Assembly (NCBI GenBank): GCA_965603825.1
Contig: CBFDEM010000028.1
Location: forward strand, 186,001-250,000
DNA: 64,000 nt
Origin: Blepharisma stoltei ATCC 30299
Lineage: Eukaryota > Protista > Ciliophora
Direction of reading: 5' to 3'
Below are positions 48,509 through 58,758 of this stretch, piece after piece. Position numbers and translations under genes: made by a program. Below the pieces are notes generated by a model. It made no database searches and was not told where the DNA came from. It was given only the letters and a program-made list of their open reading frames with translations. The first letter of the stretch is position 1, and every line of letters begins with the position of its first letter.

Positions 48509-49855
48509 TTATAAAGTTTTATACAGTGCTTCATATCTTTCTTTAGCTTGCTGCTCAGCTTTATTAGCATTCCTCTGGAGATTCAGCACTTTTTCTACAT
48601 CTAGAGCTTTCAATGGAAAAGATCTGTCTTTTTCATTCGCATAAGTTCTCAACATAAAATAGGCTTTTGCATAGTCAGCTCCTGAAATTTTCATCTCAAA
48701 ATCCAGCAAAGTCAAAAATCTTGATTCCATGGTATTTATTTCTTGAACATCATATTTTGTTATTGCTACTGCAAAGCTATTATTTTCAAAAGATTCGTCG
48801 TCCCACACCTTAGAAGCCTCTACAAAGGAAATGAACATAATCCTTCTCCACGTATTTTGGTTCATTCTAATTCCAGTTTTGCCTATAAATCTATCTAAAT
48901 ATACCAAGCTGACAATAGGGATTTCATTTTCCAGCTGTGCTCTTGCCATCAAATTTTTCGCAAAATTATAAATCGAGCTTTCATCAGCTTCTTCAGGCTC
49001 ATCATTAAAAATCTCTAACAGCCTAGATCTCATAGAATTTGGCATTGTGTTATTTATAACAGGCAAGTTTTGTTTAATATGACTTTCTAGTACGCGAGCA
49101 TAGCATTTACAGACTTCTTCGATATCTAAATTCGCTATTGTTGACCTCATTTTCATAGAATCCATTGATTTTCCTACTTCATTTGTGTCAAGTCTTGAAG
49201 GGTTTTTGCATTCTTCAAAGGATGGAGATGTCTGAAAAAAACTGTCTCTGCTGATCTCCACAGGCATTTTGTTAGTGAGCTGTATTGGTGGTTGTGTTTT
49301 TATTAAGTCAAATTCTAATTTCGCCTGAAGTGCTAAGGCTTCTTCTAGTTCTTCTTGGAGTCTTCTGATTTCATCTCTTTTTGAATCGGTAGCTGGGATA
49401 TGAAGGTTATGTCTAGGAGATTTAGAGTCAAAAAGAGGACTTTCTCCAAGGGAAATCAGCCGATATGTTGTCATTGGAGCGCTAATAGAGGCAGCTCTTG
49501 TTGATTCTTGGGAATAAATGCTTTCAAGTGTTGACAGCATTTCTCGAAACTTACTTTGGTGACCTGGAAGAGTCTTTATTTGTATTAAAAGGTCTTGCAG
49601 CTCTCTATCAGTCAAATTAAGTAAATCAGCTAAATTATCTTCATACCCTAGCTCTTGCAATTTCTATATATAGCCTACCCTATAATACTGCTGCAATGAG
49701 TGCTGCTTCAATAATGGAAATAGCGATGTTTCATAGCATGAAGCTGCTTTTTTAAAATTCTTCTGCGATTTTGCATGGGAATTAACTACTGGTCTGGCTG
49801 ATTGAATCCTTTTCTGATGAATTTTATTCAATTGCTGCTCTTCCCACCTTTTCAT
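48509..49855 (-). CDS. Cyclin Y/PHO80-type cyclin with N-terminal CFAP97-like motif and SAM-like domain; 1 intron
   Basis: Cyclin box IVSLVYLDR..WRRI..ASKVWDDESFEN..INTMESRFL.LLDF..YAKAYFMLR. Splicing 49664-49678 joins LKQHSLQQYYR|KLQELGYE..LLNLTDREL..LPGHQSKF. Confidence 0.85.
49664..49678 (-). other. 15-nt intron GTAGGCTATATATAG
   Basis: Phase 0 with an in-frame TAG. Removal joins ORF 49664-49855 to the cyclin ORF and completes a SAM-like helix pattern. Confidence 0.82.
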
Positions 49856-49893
49856 TTATATTAAAAATTTAACTTAAAAGAATGCTTAGCTTA

Positions 49894-52800
49894 TTAAAAG
49901 GTGTATTTGATTACTGGGATTGCCATGTCAACACCGTCTTCCAAGCTTTCACAGGATGCTTCAATAGCTAAATATCTTCTTCCTTCAATAATTCTAACTC
50001 CACTAATTTCTTGGTACAAGTCTTGCAAAATCTTAGGCAGTCTGTCCCCATGCTTGTTTCCTGGCAAGTATCCATTATAAATGCAAGTTTTTCCGCATGA
50101 TACAATATTGACTTTTAGCTTATGCTCAGTTTTAAGCTTGTTGATAAACTCTCCCAATGAACAAGGGCCTTGAATTGCCATCTTGTCCCATGTTGAGAAT
50201 GCTTCAGGATATGCGCGAACTGGACCCATAAGAATTGGATCATAGGCCTTGGTTCTGGTTCTTACTGGTGGTGATGGTTCGCTGAGTACAAATAATGGCA
50301 GTGCAAGATTTACAAACGCATTTCTATAAGCTTCCACATTTTCATGGATAAACAGCTTATAAAGCTCAACACCTACAAGTCCTGCAATCATTGCAGTTGT
50401 TGTAGCAATTGCTGGGATGATTTTTCCAGCTATCATTTTAGTCTTATTTCTATCAGCTTCAGCAATTTTGTAGTTTCTAGCTCTTAAGTTGGAAGCAGCG
50501 TTAATGAAATCAATGTGGAAATTGGTGTCATCGTCTTTTTCAAATTGAGCTGGATGTAGTCTATGGCTTTTAATGGCTTCATCAACAATTTTCATTTCAT
50601 TTAAAAGGTTAGCTAATACAGCTTCTTCATCTCCAGCACCTCCTGCTTGTTGCTGCTCATTCTCTTCAAGCTGAATATGGACTTGTTTAGGCACGAAAGG
50701 CTTGACTTGAACTTTTTGAGCAATTTCTCTGACTTCATTGACGTTCTTGTTTTGAGGAATTCCGAGGTTTGCAGCAATTAAGTTAGCCATGCATAACACA
50801 AAGGTGATTTGAGTTTCGTCTGAAGCGTCAAAAATAAGAGGGGTTGGAGCTCTCTTAGGGCCTGACCAGAAAGGCTGGCCGTCTTTAGTTTTATAGTCAA
50901 CTGGGAAGTTGTGGATTAGCTGAGCAATAATGTCGTGGAAAAGCTCTTGGAGTTTTTCTCTGGCAAGTTTGACGCATTCTTCGTAGCTTGGGTTTCTCAT
51001 GATTTGTAAGAAGTTTTTGATTTTTTCAAGTTTTTCTCTTTGGACTGTTGTATTTCCTGCTGACGGTAAAGTTGCAAGGTACTTAATTGGATCTTCAAGG
51101 TATTTGTTGAGTTCTTGAGGACCATCAGAAAATGTCCCTTCAAACTCATCTCTAGCCCATTCAATACAATGTTCAATTGAATGTGGGAAATTTTTCAGTG
51201 TGCACATAGGAATGCTTTCTTCTGGAGGATCTTGAGAATCTCCATAGCTTTGAGTCTTATGTGGAAGACAGATCTGAACATTAGCTTTGGTTCCCAATGT
51301 TCCACTTTCCAATAATGGCTTCTCATACCACACACATCTTCCATCAACATACAGTCTTGCATTAACGTTATCAACAGCATTAGTCACAAAATCTAAGTTG
51401 CCCCAAAATGCATCGTTGAAAATCACTTCGTTTTCAGGGTTAACTCTGTTTTGCAGAGCTCTCACATTTAGATCTGTGTTCATTTTCTGGGCTTCTCTAG
51501 CTGCACTTTCACTTTTACTGTGCCCCACGTCGTCTTTTCTAAATAAAAATTGTCTGTTCAAGTTTGAGACTTCAATTGAGTCGTCATCAGTCACAATAAC
51601 GCTGCCAGTGGTAGAGGCAACGCCCATAAGTGCGAATAGTTTCAAATATTCACAGCCTAAAGCGCCTGCACCGACCAAGAAAGTTTTGATTGCTCCAATT
51701 CGGTTTTGGAGATCTCTGCCAATAATGGCAATTTGGTCATCATAACGAGTATTTGTAGGTGTTCTGTCAACAGCGCCTTCAGGGATTATTTCAAAGAAGT
51801 CAATATGAAGCCACTGGTGCATTGGGGAGTATTTCCCTGTGAATTTTATGATTTCTTGAGCCATTACACCACCCCAGAAAGCAGCGATTGGAGAAATCTG
51901 TGCTCTAGCATAAAGAGCTACTTTTTCTACCACTTTTGCGTCAACTTCGTCAACAAACAGCTTTTCTTGGTCTTTGGCGGCTTGGTTAATTTCTCTGGCA
52001 AGAGCTACAACTTCATCAGCATGAGCTTGGTTGTGGAGCTCTGGCAAACTTCCATGGCGTCTTTGGAACTCTCTTAAGGCTCTAAAAGCAATATGTAAGT
52101 GCTCACTTCTTCCGAATTTCCCGAGATCTGGGACTGGAAGTGGATCTTTTACGATTGGGTTCAAGTTTGACTCTTCCCAAGACTTGAAGTGGAATTTTTC
52201 AGGGATTTTGACTTGTTCAACGATACCTTCTCTTTGGTAAGCTTGATAGCCAGTTGTATCTTCAATTGAAAAAGTGTATGGGCCAAGCACTTTGATAGGT
52301 CTTGGTGGGGAATTGTTAAGTTCTTCCATTCCTTGGACTTCTTTGAAGACGACGAAATCTCCGTCCTGGTAAGTGTGTCTTTTTTCATCATGGACTGTCA
52401 CAATGCCAGGGTTTTCTTGGCTGATGTCACTGATAAGGAAAGATCTGGTATCTTCTCCAGTCTTATCAAAGCACACGAATTCTGGGCCGAAATCGACAAA
52501 TCCGTAGCCAGAAGCACCCCAAGATTCGCAAGAAATGAAGCCAATAGCAGGGGAATGGGTTCTACAGAAGTTATTGACTCTTGCAATAGTTGCTGGGTCA
52601 GATTCTGATAGGAAAACTACGTTGAATTTTGATAGAAATTCTTCATCAAGAGCTCCTTCTTTTAAGTCAACTTTTACGTATGGGTTAAGTTCCTGGACCT
52701 TAGGGAAAGTTGCCTGACCTCTTGTACGAGTTCCTACATCTTCTGGGGAAAGATAAAAGTTAGTTCCAAGGTCATTTATTGAGACCAAAGCATCATCGTG

Positions 52801-52965
52801 GAGGGTTACTGCACCTGGACCAGCTAAGACGAGATTTTTCGCTGTTTCAACTCCAACACCTCTGAGACCTGAAACTAAAACTTTCATTTGGATGAGCTTG
52901 CCCATCATTTCCATGCCAAAGGTTCCGATCTGACGAGAGTAAAGGTTAGTATCAATGCCTGCCAT
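49894..52965 (-). CDS. UBA1: Ubiquitin-activating enzyme E1
   Basis: LYSRQI, GAGALGCE, SNLNRQFLFR, catalytic PMCTLKNFP, FEKDDDTNFHIDF, IAGKIIPAIATTTA. Confidence 0.98.
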   Translation of the reverse strand: MAGIDTNLYSRQIGTFGMEMMGKLIQMKVLVSGLRGVGVETAKNLVLAGPGAVTLHDDALVSINDLGTNFYLSPEDVGTRTRGQATFPKVQELNPYVKVDLKEGALDEEFLSKFNVVFLSESDPATIARVNNFCRTHSPAIGFISCESWGASGYGFVDFGPEFVCFDKTGEDTRSFLISDISQENPGIVTVHDEKRHTYQDGDFVVFKEVQGMEELNNSPPRPIKVLGPYTFSIEDTTGYQAYQREGIVEQVKIPEKFHFKSWEESNLNPIVKDPLPVPDLGKFGRSEHLHIAFRALREFQRRHGSLPELHNQAHADEVVALAREINQAAKDQEKLFVDEVDAKVVEKVALYARAQISPIAAFWGGVMAQEIIKFTGKYSPMHQWLHIDFFEIIPEGAVDRTPTNTRYDDQIAIIGRDLQNRIGAIKTFLVGAGALGCEYLKLFALMGVASTTGSVIVTDDDSIEVSNLNRQFLFRKDDVGHSKSESAAREAQKMNTDLNVRALQNRVNPENEVIFNDAFWGNLDFVTNAVDNVNARLYVDGRCVWYEKPLLESGTLGTKANVQICLPHKTQSYGDSQDPPEESIPMCTLKNFPHSIEHCIEWARDEFEGTFSDGPQELNKYLEDPIKYLATLPSAGNTTVQREKLEKIKNFLQIMRNPSYEECVKLAREKLQELFHDIIAQLIHNFPVDYKTKDGQPFWSGPKRAPTPLIFDASDETQITFVLCMANLIAANLGIPQNKNVNEVREIAQKVQVKPFVPKQVHIQLEENEQQQAGGAGDEEAVLANLLNEMKIVDEAIKSHRLHPAQFEKDDDTNFHIDFINAASNLRARNYKIAEADRNKTKMIAGKIIPAIATTTAMIAGLVGVELYKLFIHENVEAYRNAFVNLALPLFVLSEPSPPVRTRTKAYDPILMGPVRAYPEAFSTWDKMAIQGPCSLGEFINKLKTEHKLKVNIVSCGKTCIYNGYLPGNKHGDRLPKILQDLYQEISGVRIIEGRRYLAIEASCESLEDGVDMAIPVIKYTF

Positions 52966-53242
52966 TAATTATTTACAAGTTTTAATACGTGTATTAGATA
53001 TAGTCAAAATATGGCCAGATATGATAAGGTCAACAGATTTTGATAACACCTGCTTGAGTAGAAATCAAGAAATTGCTGGAAAACTTTATAGTTTTTAAGA
53101 AATATGGAAATTAAAAGGAAAGAGGAATTTATCATACTTGAAAGCACTGATGGTTTTGCTGATATTTTCGAAAAATTATTTAAAATAAAAATTTTGATTT
53201 AAGTAAATTGTAGTGAAATGAATTAATTTTGTTAAAATCATT

Positions 53243-55765
53243 ATGCAAACAAGCTTCCCAATGCCTTTAGCCGAAATGGTCCATTTTAGGCTAGACACAT
53301 CAAAGCTACAGTCTAATTTGGATTTTCTGTGAAATTTAGCTATGAGTTCCAAAACTGATTTCGAATCCACTAAATCACTTTTTCAGTCAGAACTGATTCA
53401 ATTTGACTCAGAAATCTCTGAATTGAAGAAACTTGAGCCAAAAATAGCTATATGCCAGGCTAAAATCATTGAATTTCAAAGCCTAAAAGGAAAAATTGAC
53501 TCATGGGATGACAGGTTCAGAAGCCTTGAAGAAAAGATATTTAATATCCAGCATGAAACGAATGCAAATTTAAAAGAATTATCGAATACTATAGAAACTA
53601 AAGTTGCCAGTACTAAAACTGAATTCGAAACTACTCTAAATATCGTTCAGAGAAATTTAGACGAAAAATATTCAAAGGAATTTGAAGAATTTGATAACAC
53701 TAATTTCGAAAATTTTACACGGTTAGAAAATATCATAAATAATGAGCTTGCAAAGCGGTGCACTGCGAAAATGGTTAAAAAGCTTATAAAAACGGAGCTA
53801 CTTAAAAACTTATCGAAAAATACAGAATTAGAGCAAAATCAAATAGAAAATGAATTTGATGAAAAAAAAAACAAAGAAAAAATTGATGAAAAAGAAGAGG
53901 ATAATGAAGAAGATTTAGAAAATTATAATATTAGTGAAATTTATTTAAGGCTAGGGAATTTAGAAAAAAAATTGAATTTAGACTTTGATTATAAACACAA
54001 AACAGATTTTCCTCAAAGACATGGAAGATTTTTAGAAAATACAAGTGAAAGCAGTAAAGCTGAAAATTTGAGTGATTTTCAATTGAAGTTTATTAGAATA
54101 GTAAATGAAATCAATGATTTAAGAGAACTAGTAAACTCATTTTCAAGCCAAATAACAAATTCCCATAACGGGATGCCGATGTCTACAGTAGATTTGAATG
54201 CGCTTGAAGACCTGGAAAATAAAATCTCACATATGGAGTCTCTCCATGCGAAAAACTTTGAAGACCTAAATCATCAAATTTATTATTTAAAAAATGAAAT
54301 TTCCTCATCAGGAAGCCCGACTTCTAAAAGAAGACAAAAGCCAGCATACACACTTTCAGCTAAAAGTGTTCACTCCTTATCTAATTTAGAACAAAATGTA
54401 TCTGCACAAGTGGAATCTATTAGTGAAAAACTTAATTCAGATATTGAGTCCATCAAAAAAGAAATTTCAACGATACAAAATAACCTAACCCTAAAGGTTT
54501 TCCGAGCTGAACTTGAAGAAATTTTAACGAAATTAAATAAACAAAACCGCACAAATCTAAAAGAAGAAACCCAAAATCGTGATGGGACACCAGGCCACGA
54601 TTTAAAATCTCTTGAAGGAAGAGTCAATTCAATGTGAATGAGTCTTGAAAAAATTCATAAAATGGAAGAAGCCTTCCAAAAGGTGGTAAATGAAAATATT
54701 GAAACCAAAATTCATAAGTTTGATGATAAATTAGATAATCAGTATAAGGAATTGCTGGAAAAAATGCAAGAAATGCAGAGATTTTTTGTGGTTGAAGTAG
54801 GGGATAAAGGAGACCAAATTGATTACTTTGCGGAAAAAATGCAGAATGTGGAAGAAGAGATAAAAGATATGAAGGAGCATCAGAAGCCGATAGTGAAATA
54901 TCAGGTTATAGAAAATAAAAATGAAGGAGAAGGGTGTCCAGATGAAAATTTGTTGGAACTTTCTGAAGATATGTTTGATATAAAAACCCTCATAAAGCAG
55001 CTTAGACTTCAGGATTCTCATATAAAACAAGCCAACAGCAGCATAAAAAATCTAAGCTCTGACGTTGAAAAAATCAAAGAAATTATCAACAAAGACCAAG
55101 AAGACGGTTTAAACGCATATTTAAATCAACTTGAAGATCTTCAAAAAAATGTCTCAGAAGTCATGATAAAAGTCCAAGAAGGCTCAAGGCTAAGCCAAAG
55201 AGACTTCAGCATGCTAACTGAACTTTACCAAATAATTGAAGGAAAGGGAAATAAAGATGAAATTTTAGAAAAAGTTGATAGGAAAGAGCTTAAGCAAGCC
55301 TACCGAAACCTATCAAAAAAGGTAAAGTTTATTTAGATTGATACTGTTCAAGATGAACTTAAAAAAATCGAAGAATTAAAAAATAAAACTGAAGTTAAAA
55401 TAGAAAAACCAGCGTTTTTTAAACAGAAAGGAAACGAATGCTTAGCATGTGGACAAGATATCCCAACCCCAGCTTATACAACTAGAGAATGGACGTATTC
55501 AGGGAGTTTTCCTGCCCTCACTCATTCAAGGGTATTTTTTATTTAGTTTGGGCCTGGCTTCTCAAGAATTCTGCCTATGGTTCACACATCAAACGAAGCT
55601 ACAAACAAATCCCACAAAAAATCCAAATCAGAGCTGCCCTTGCCATTAATGAGAACAGTTGAAACTGCTGAGCCTGATCCAAAGCTTATATCAGTCACTC
55701 TATCAAGAAAAGCTTCTGTAAAAAGTACTCGTATAAAAACGACAATGTTCAAAGAGAGATTTTAA
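53243..55765 (+). CDS. Long coiled-coil protein with C-terminal CxxC and GPGFSRIL motifs; 2 TGA=Trp, 2 introns
   Basis: ATG 53243, TGA 53330 and 54635, introns 55322-55336 and 55532-55546. These give ...KVDRKEL...ECLACGQ...SRFGPGFSRILP... ending at TAA 55765. Confidence 0.78.
55322..55336 (+). other. 15-nt intron GTAAAGTTTATTTAG
   Basis: Phase 0 with an in-frame TAG; the downstream frame is open. Confidence 0.82.
55532..55546 (+). other. 15-nt intron GTATTTTTTATTTAG
   Basis: Phase 0 with an in-frame TAG. Removal joins the frame to ORF 55577-55765. Confidence 0.8.
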
Positions 55766-55794
55766 TTTTTTATAACAATTAACCACAGTCTATT

Positions 55795-56151
55795 CTAAAT
55801 TTCGTTAACTACATCATGATACTCTACCCCAGCCCTGCTAAAATGCTGCTGGACAGTCCCCTTTTTGATTCCAGCAATCAAATCTGAGCATCCACCTATA
55901 TGAGCTTCTCCTATAAAAATATTAGGCACAGTAGTCTGATTGGTTATTTCTTTTAAAGCTTGCCTATAGTCCTTCCCTCTAGGATGTTGATCCAGCTCAA
56001 TTACAAGCGGAGAAACTTTCATTTTCCCCAAAACTGTTTTTGCCCTATCACAATAAGGACAATAAGTTGCACTGAACACAACGCATTTATGCCTACGAAT
56101 AATTTCTTCAACTTCTGGCCTGCAGTTTGAAGGTGACTGTGAACTTCCCAT
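55795..56151 (-). CDS. Dithiol glutaredoxin (CPYC), predicted N-myristoylated
   Basis: MGSSQS; VFSATYCPYC; TVPNIFIG..IGGCSDL. Confidence 0.95.
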   Translation of the reverse strand: MGSSQSPSNCRPEVEEIIRRHKCVVFSATYCPYCDRAKTVLGKMKVSPLVIELDQHPRGKDYRQALKEITNQTTVPNIFIGEAHIGGCSDLIAGIKKGTVQQHFSRAGVEYHDVVNEI

Positions 56152-56211
56152 TTTCTTTTCTTACTAATATAACTATTGGCAATAAATATATTCATAAAAT
56201 TAAGTTAACAC

Positions 56212-56823
56212 TTAACCTTTGTTACAGCAGCCTTTCTTTTTTTTCTGTTTATTATTTTGGACTCTTACATTGGCAACGTTTCCTATGATTTCATATAGCT
56301 TTTTATCGAGGATTTCTTTTGCAAGGTGGTCGAAAACTTCTGTAATGTTATTGCCTGATTTGGCACTTGTGGGGAAAAAAGAGATTCCGAGTTCTCTGGC
56401 AAGTCTTTCACCTTCTTCAGGTGGGACAACGATGTCTTCCATATCGGATTTATTGCCTATGAGTACTAAGGCGACATGCTGATTAGCATGCTGATAGATC
56501 TGATCAACCCAGTTTTTGACATTATTGAACGATTCTTGGCTGGTGCAGTCATAACAGAGGACTATCCCCATAGCTCCTGCGTAATATGTCTTTGTTATTG
56601 TCCTAAACCTGTCCTGACCTGCTGTATCTCAGATTTGTAGCTTTACCCTGCTCCCATTAACGTTTATGACTTTGATTTTGTAGTCGATTCCTATTGTAGC
56701 GATGTGGTTTGGAGCAAAACTTATATCAACAAATCGCAGCAAAATACAACTTTTACCTACGCCTGAGTCTCCGAGAATAAGAAGCTTAAACATATAGTCG
56801 AAGTCATTGCTTGATCTTTCCAT
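56212..56823 (-). CDS. Rab8/Sec4-like small GTPase (1 TGA=Trp)
   Basis: [21 protein letters not shown][W][29 protein letters not shown]-terminal GCC. Confidence 0.95.
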
Positions 56824-57413
56824 TTATAATTTATACGAAAGGAAACTTTGAAGAGTTTGATAGGAAAAATAAAAAATAAAATATATATTGGAATCCAATA
56901 TGCTTATTAATAATAAAATAATAGGCAAAGAGTTTGTATTTGTAAATTTTATTATGTCTTTGCAAAAAAGCGATTTAGAGTATATTTCTAGCTCAAAAAG
57001 CATAAAAAAATTATAGTTTAATAGAAGAGAGACAAAGAAAGCGAATAAATAATAAAGCAAATGATCATATTGACTAATAAGTATGAGTGAATTTGTATTT
57101 TAATTTTTATTTGAATTTTTAAATATTAGCATTTGAATTTGGGCTCGTGATGTTGAAGTAAATTGTGGAGTGGGGTCTTTAGAAACACGAATACATTAGA
57201 ACTTAAAAATGCATGATGCTGTGGAAGTTAACAAACTAGCATGTAGGTAACCAAAAAAACATTTTATGTATAATTTAATTTAAAACAGTAGTAATCATTT
57301 CAATTATGGAGATTTGTAGCTAAAAAAATTGGCATATAGGCAATTTGAAAATTAATAACATTGGCTTTAATAAATCGTAAATAGTTAGTATAAACCGAGT
57401 TTAGGGGTAGGAA

Positions 57414-58325
57414 CTACATTTTTGACCTTGGGAATATTTTCCTATGGACTGATTCATAAATAAAAAAATAAAAAATTGCTTTTGTTAATCATGACGGCAG
57501 CCCATAAAGTAAAAAATAGTAAAAAATATGCTTTCAGCTTCCATAGCATATATCAATTCTCCCTAAGCATTTCAAACTTGGCTCCACTAAGTCTTTGGGA
57601 TCATCTAAAACCAAATTAGGCTTATAATTTTCAGTCATATTCGAACTAACAGCTAAAGGTCTCACACAGAGAATATCTGCATCAGTCTCATTATATAATG
57701 CCAACATAAATCTATCCCCAAAGCATTTCGTCCCACTATATAAAGAAATCATAGGCATTGTGAGCACAGTGCTCGCAGAGCTCAATGTAATTATTCCTCT
57801 TTTTCCTTTCCTGTGTGATGAATTATCTAAAAACACTTTTGACAAAAATAATAATGGATAAGTATTTAAAGAGTGCATGTAATTAATTTCATTTAGCTTC
57901 ATATCTGAGAAATGAATTCTTGAGAGGGAAGAAACATTATTGATAAGAATTGAGAAATCATAGGACTGGAATAAATCAATAAATTTTTGTTGCAAGGATT
58001 CAGACGTCTGCAATCCAGAAAAATCGCATTTCATATAGAGGACTTGAATTTGATATTTTGAGGATAATTCTTTAGAGAGGTCTATGAGGAGAGATTCAGT
58101 TCTTGCTATTAGATAAAGATTGAAGCCTTTTGCTGCTAAGGAAACTGCATAGGCTTTTCCTATTCCATAAGTAGCACCAGTGACGAGTGCTCAGGATTTT
58201 CCATAAGTAGAGAGCTTTGTTGGCAAAATATGATAAATTAAGAGAATTCGTAAAAAATTAGCTGATAAATAGAGGAAAACTATGAGCCCAAGCCATCAAA
58301 AGAGACTACTAAGTTCCTCTATCAT
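57414..58325 (-). CDS. Short-chain dehydrogenase, KCR/17beta-HSD12-like 3-ketoacyl-CoA reductase (4 TGA=Trp)
   Basis: N-terminal TM segment, YGKS[W]ALVTGATYGIGKAYA, ILINNV, LSS, catalytic YSGTK; stop TAG 57414-57416. Confidence 0.88.
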
Positions 58326-58758
58326 CAAATAATTAGATGCAAAATGTCTCCACAAAAATTATTAGTAATGTATATAAGTATTGCCAGAAATAAATACAGG
58401 CTAATTGCTGATTAAAGGCTTAAATCTAATCCATTTTAAAATTATTCACTTCTCACGTTTATAAATTTTCAATTTTAGAAATAAGAATTTAAAATTTAAT
58501 CTATAAGAGAAATCGCTCTTAAGATCTTCTATAAAATCTTAAGATAAATATGAAATGCACTATTGCTTCAGAACTTTAATCAAAGTATTTATATAAATTT
58601 TAAGCATGAATAAATTACAATTAAAGAGGCTACCACAAATATAAAAACTTAAAACAATAAAAAAATTATAATCCACACTTCTTTACTTAAAATCTATTCT
58701 ATAGTGTTTTTCACGATTCTATGAACACTATTTTTATTCATATATTTTCTTGATAAAA

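Noticed and set aside
56824-57413. ORF 56824-57060 and a slightly GC-richer patch (~57140-57250) as a possible small gene or C/D snoRNA
   Set aside because: The ORF is low-complexity AT-rich sequence with a non-ATG start. I found no complete C box/D box pair or convincing stem.
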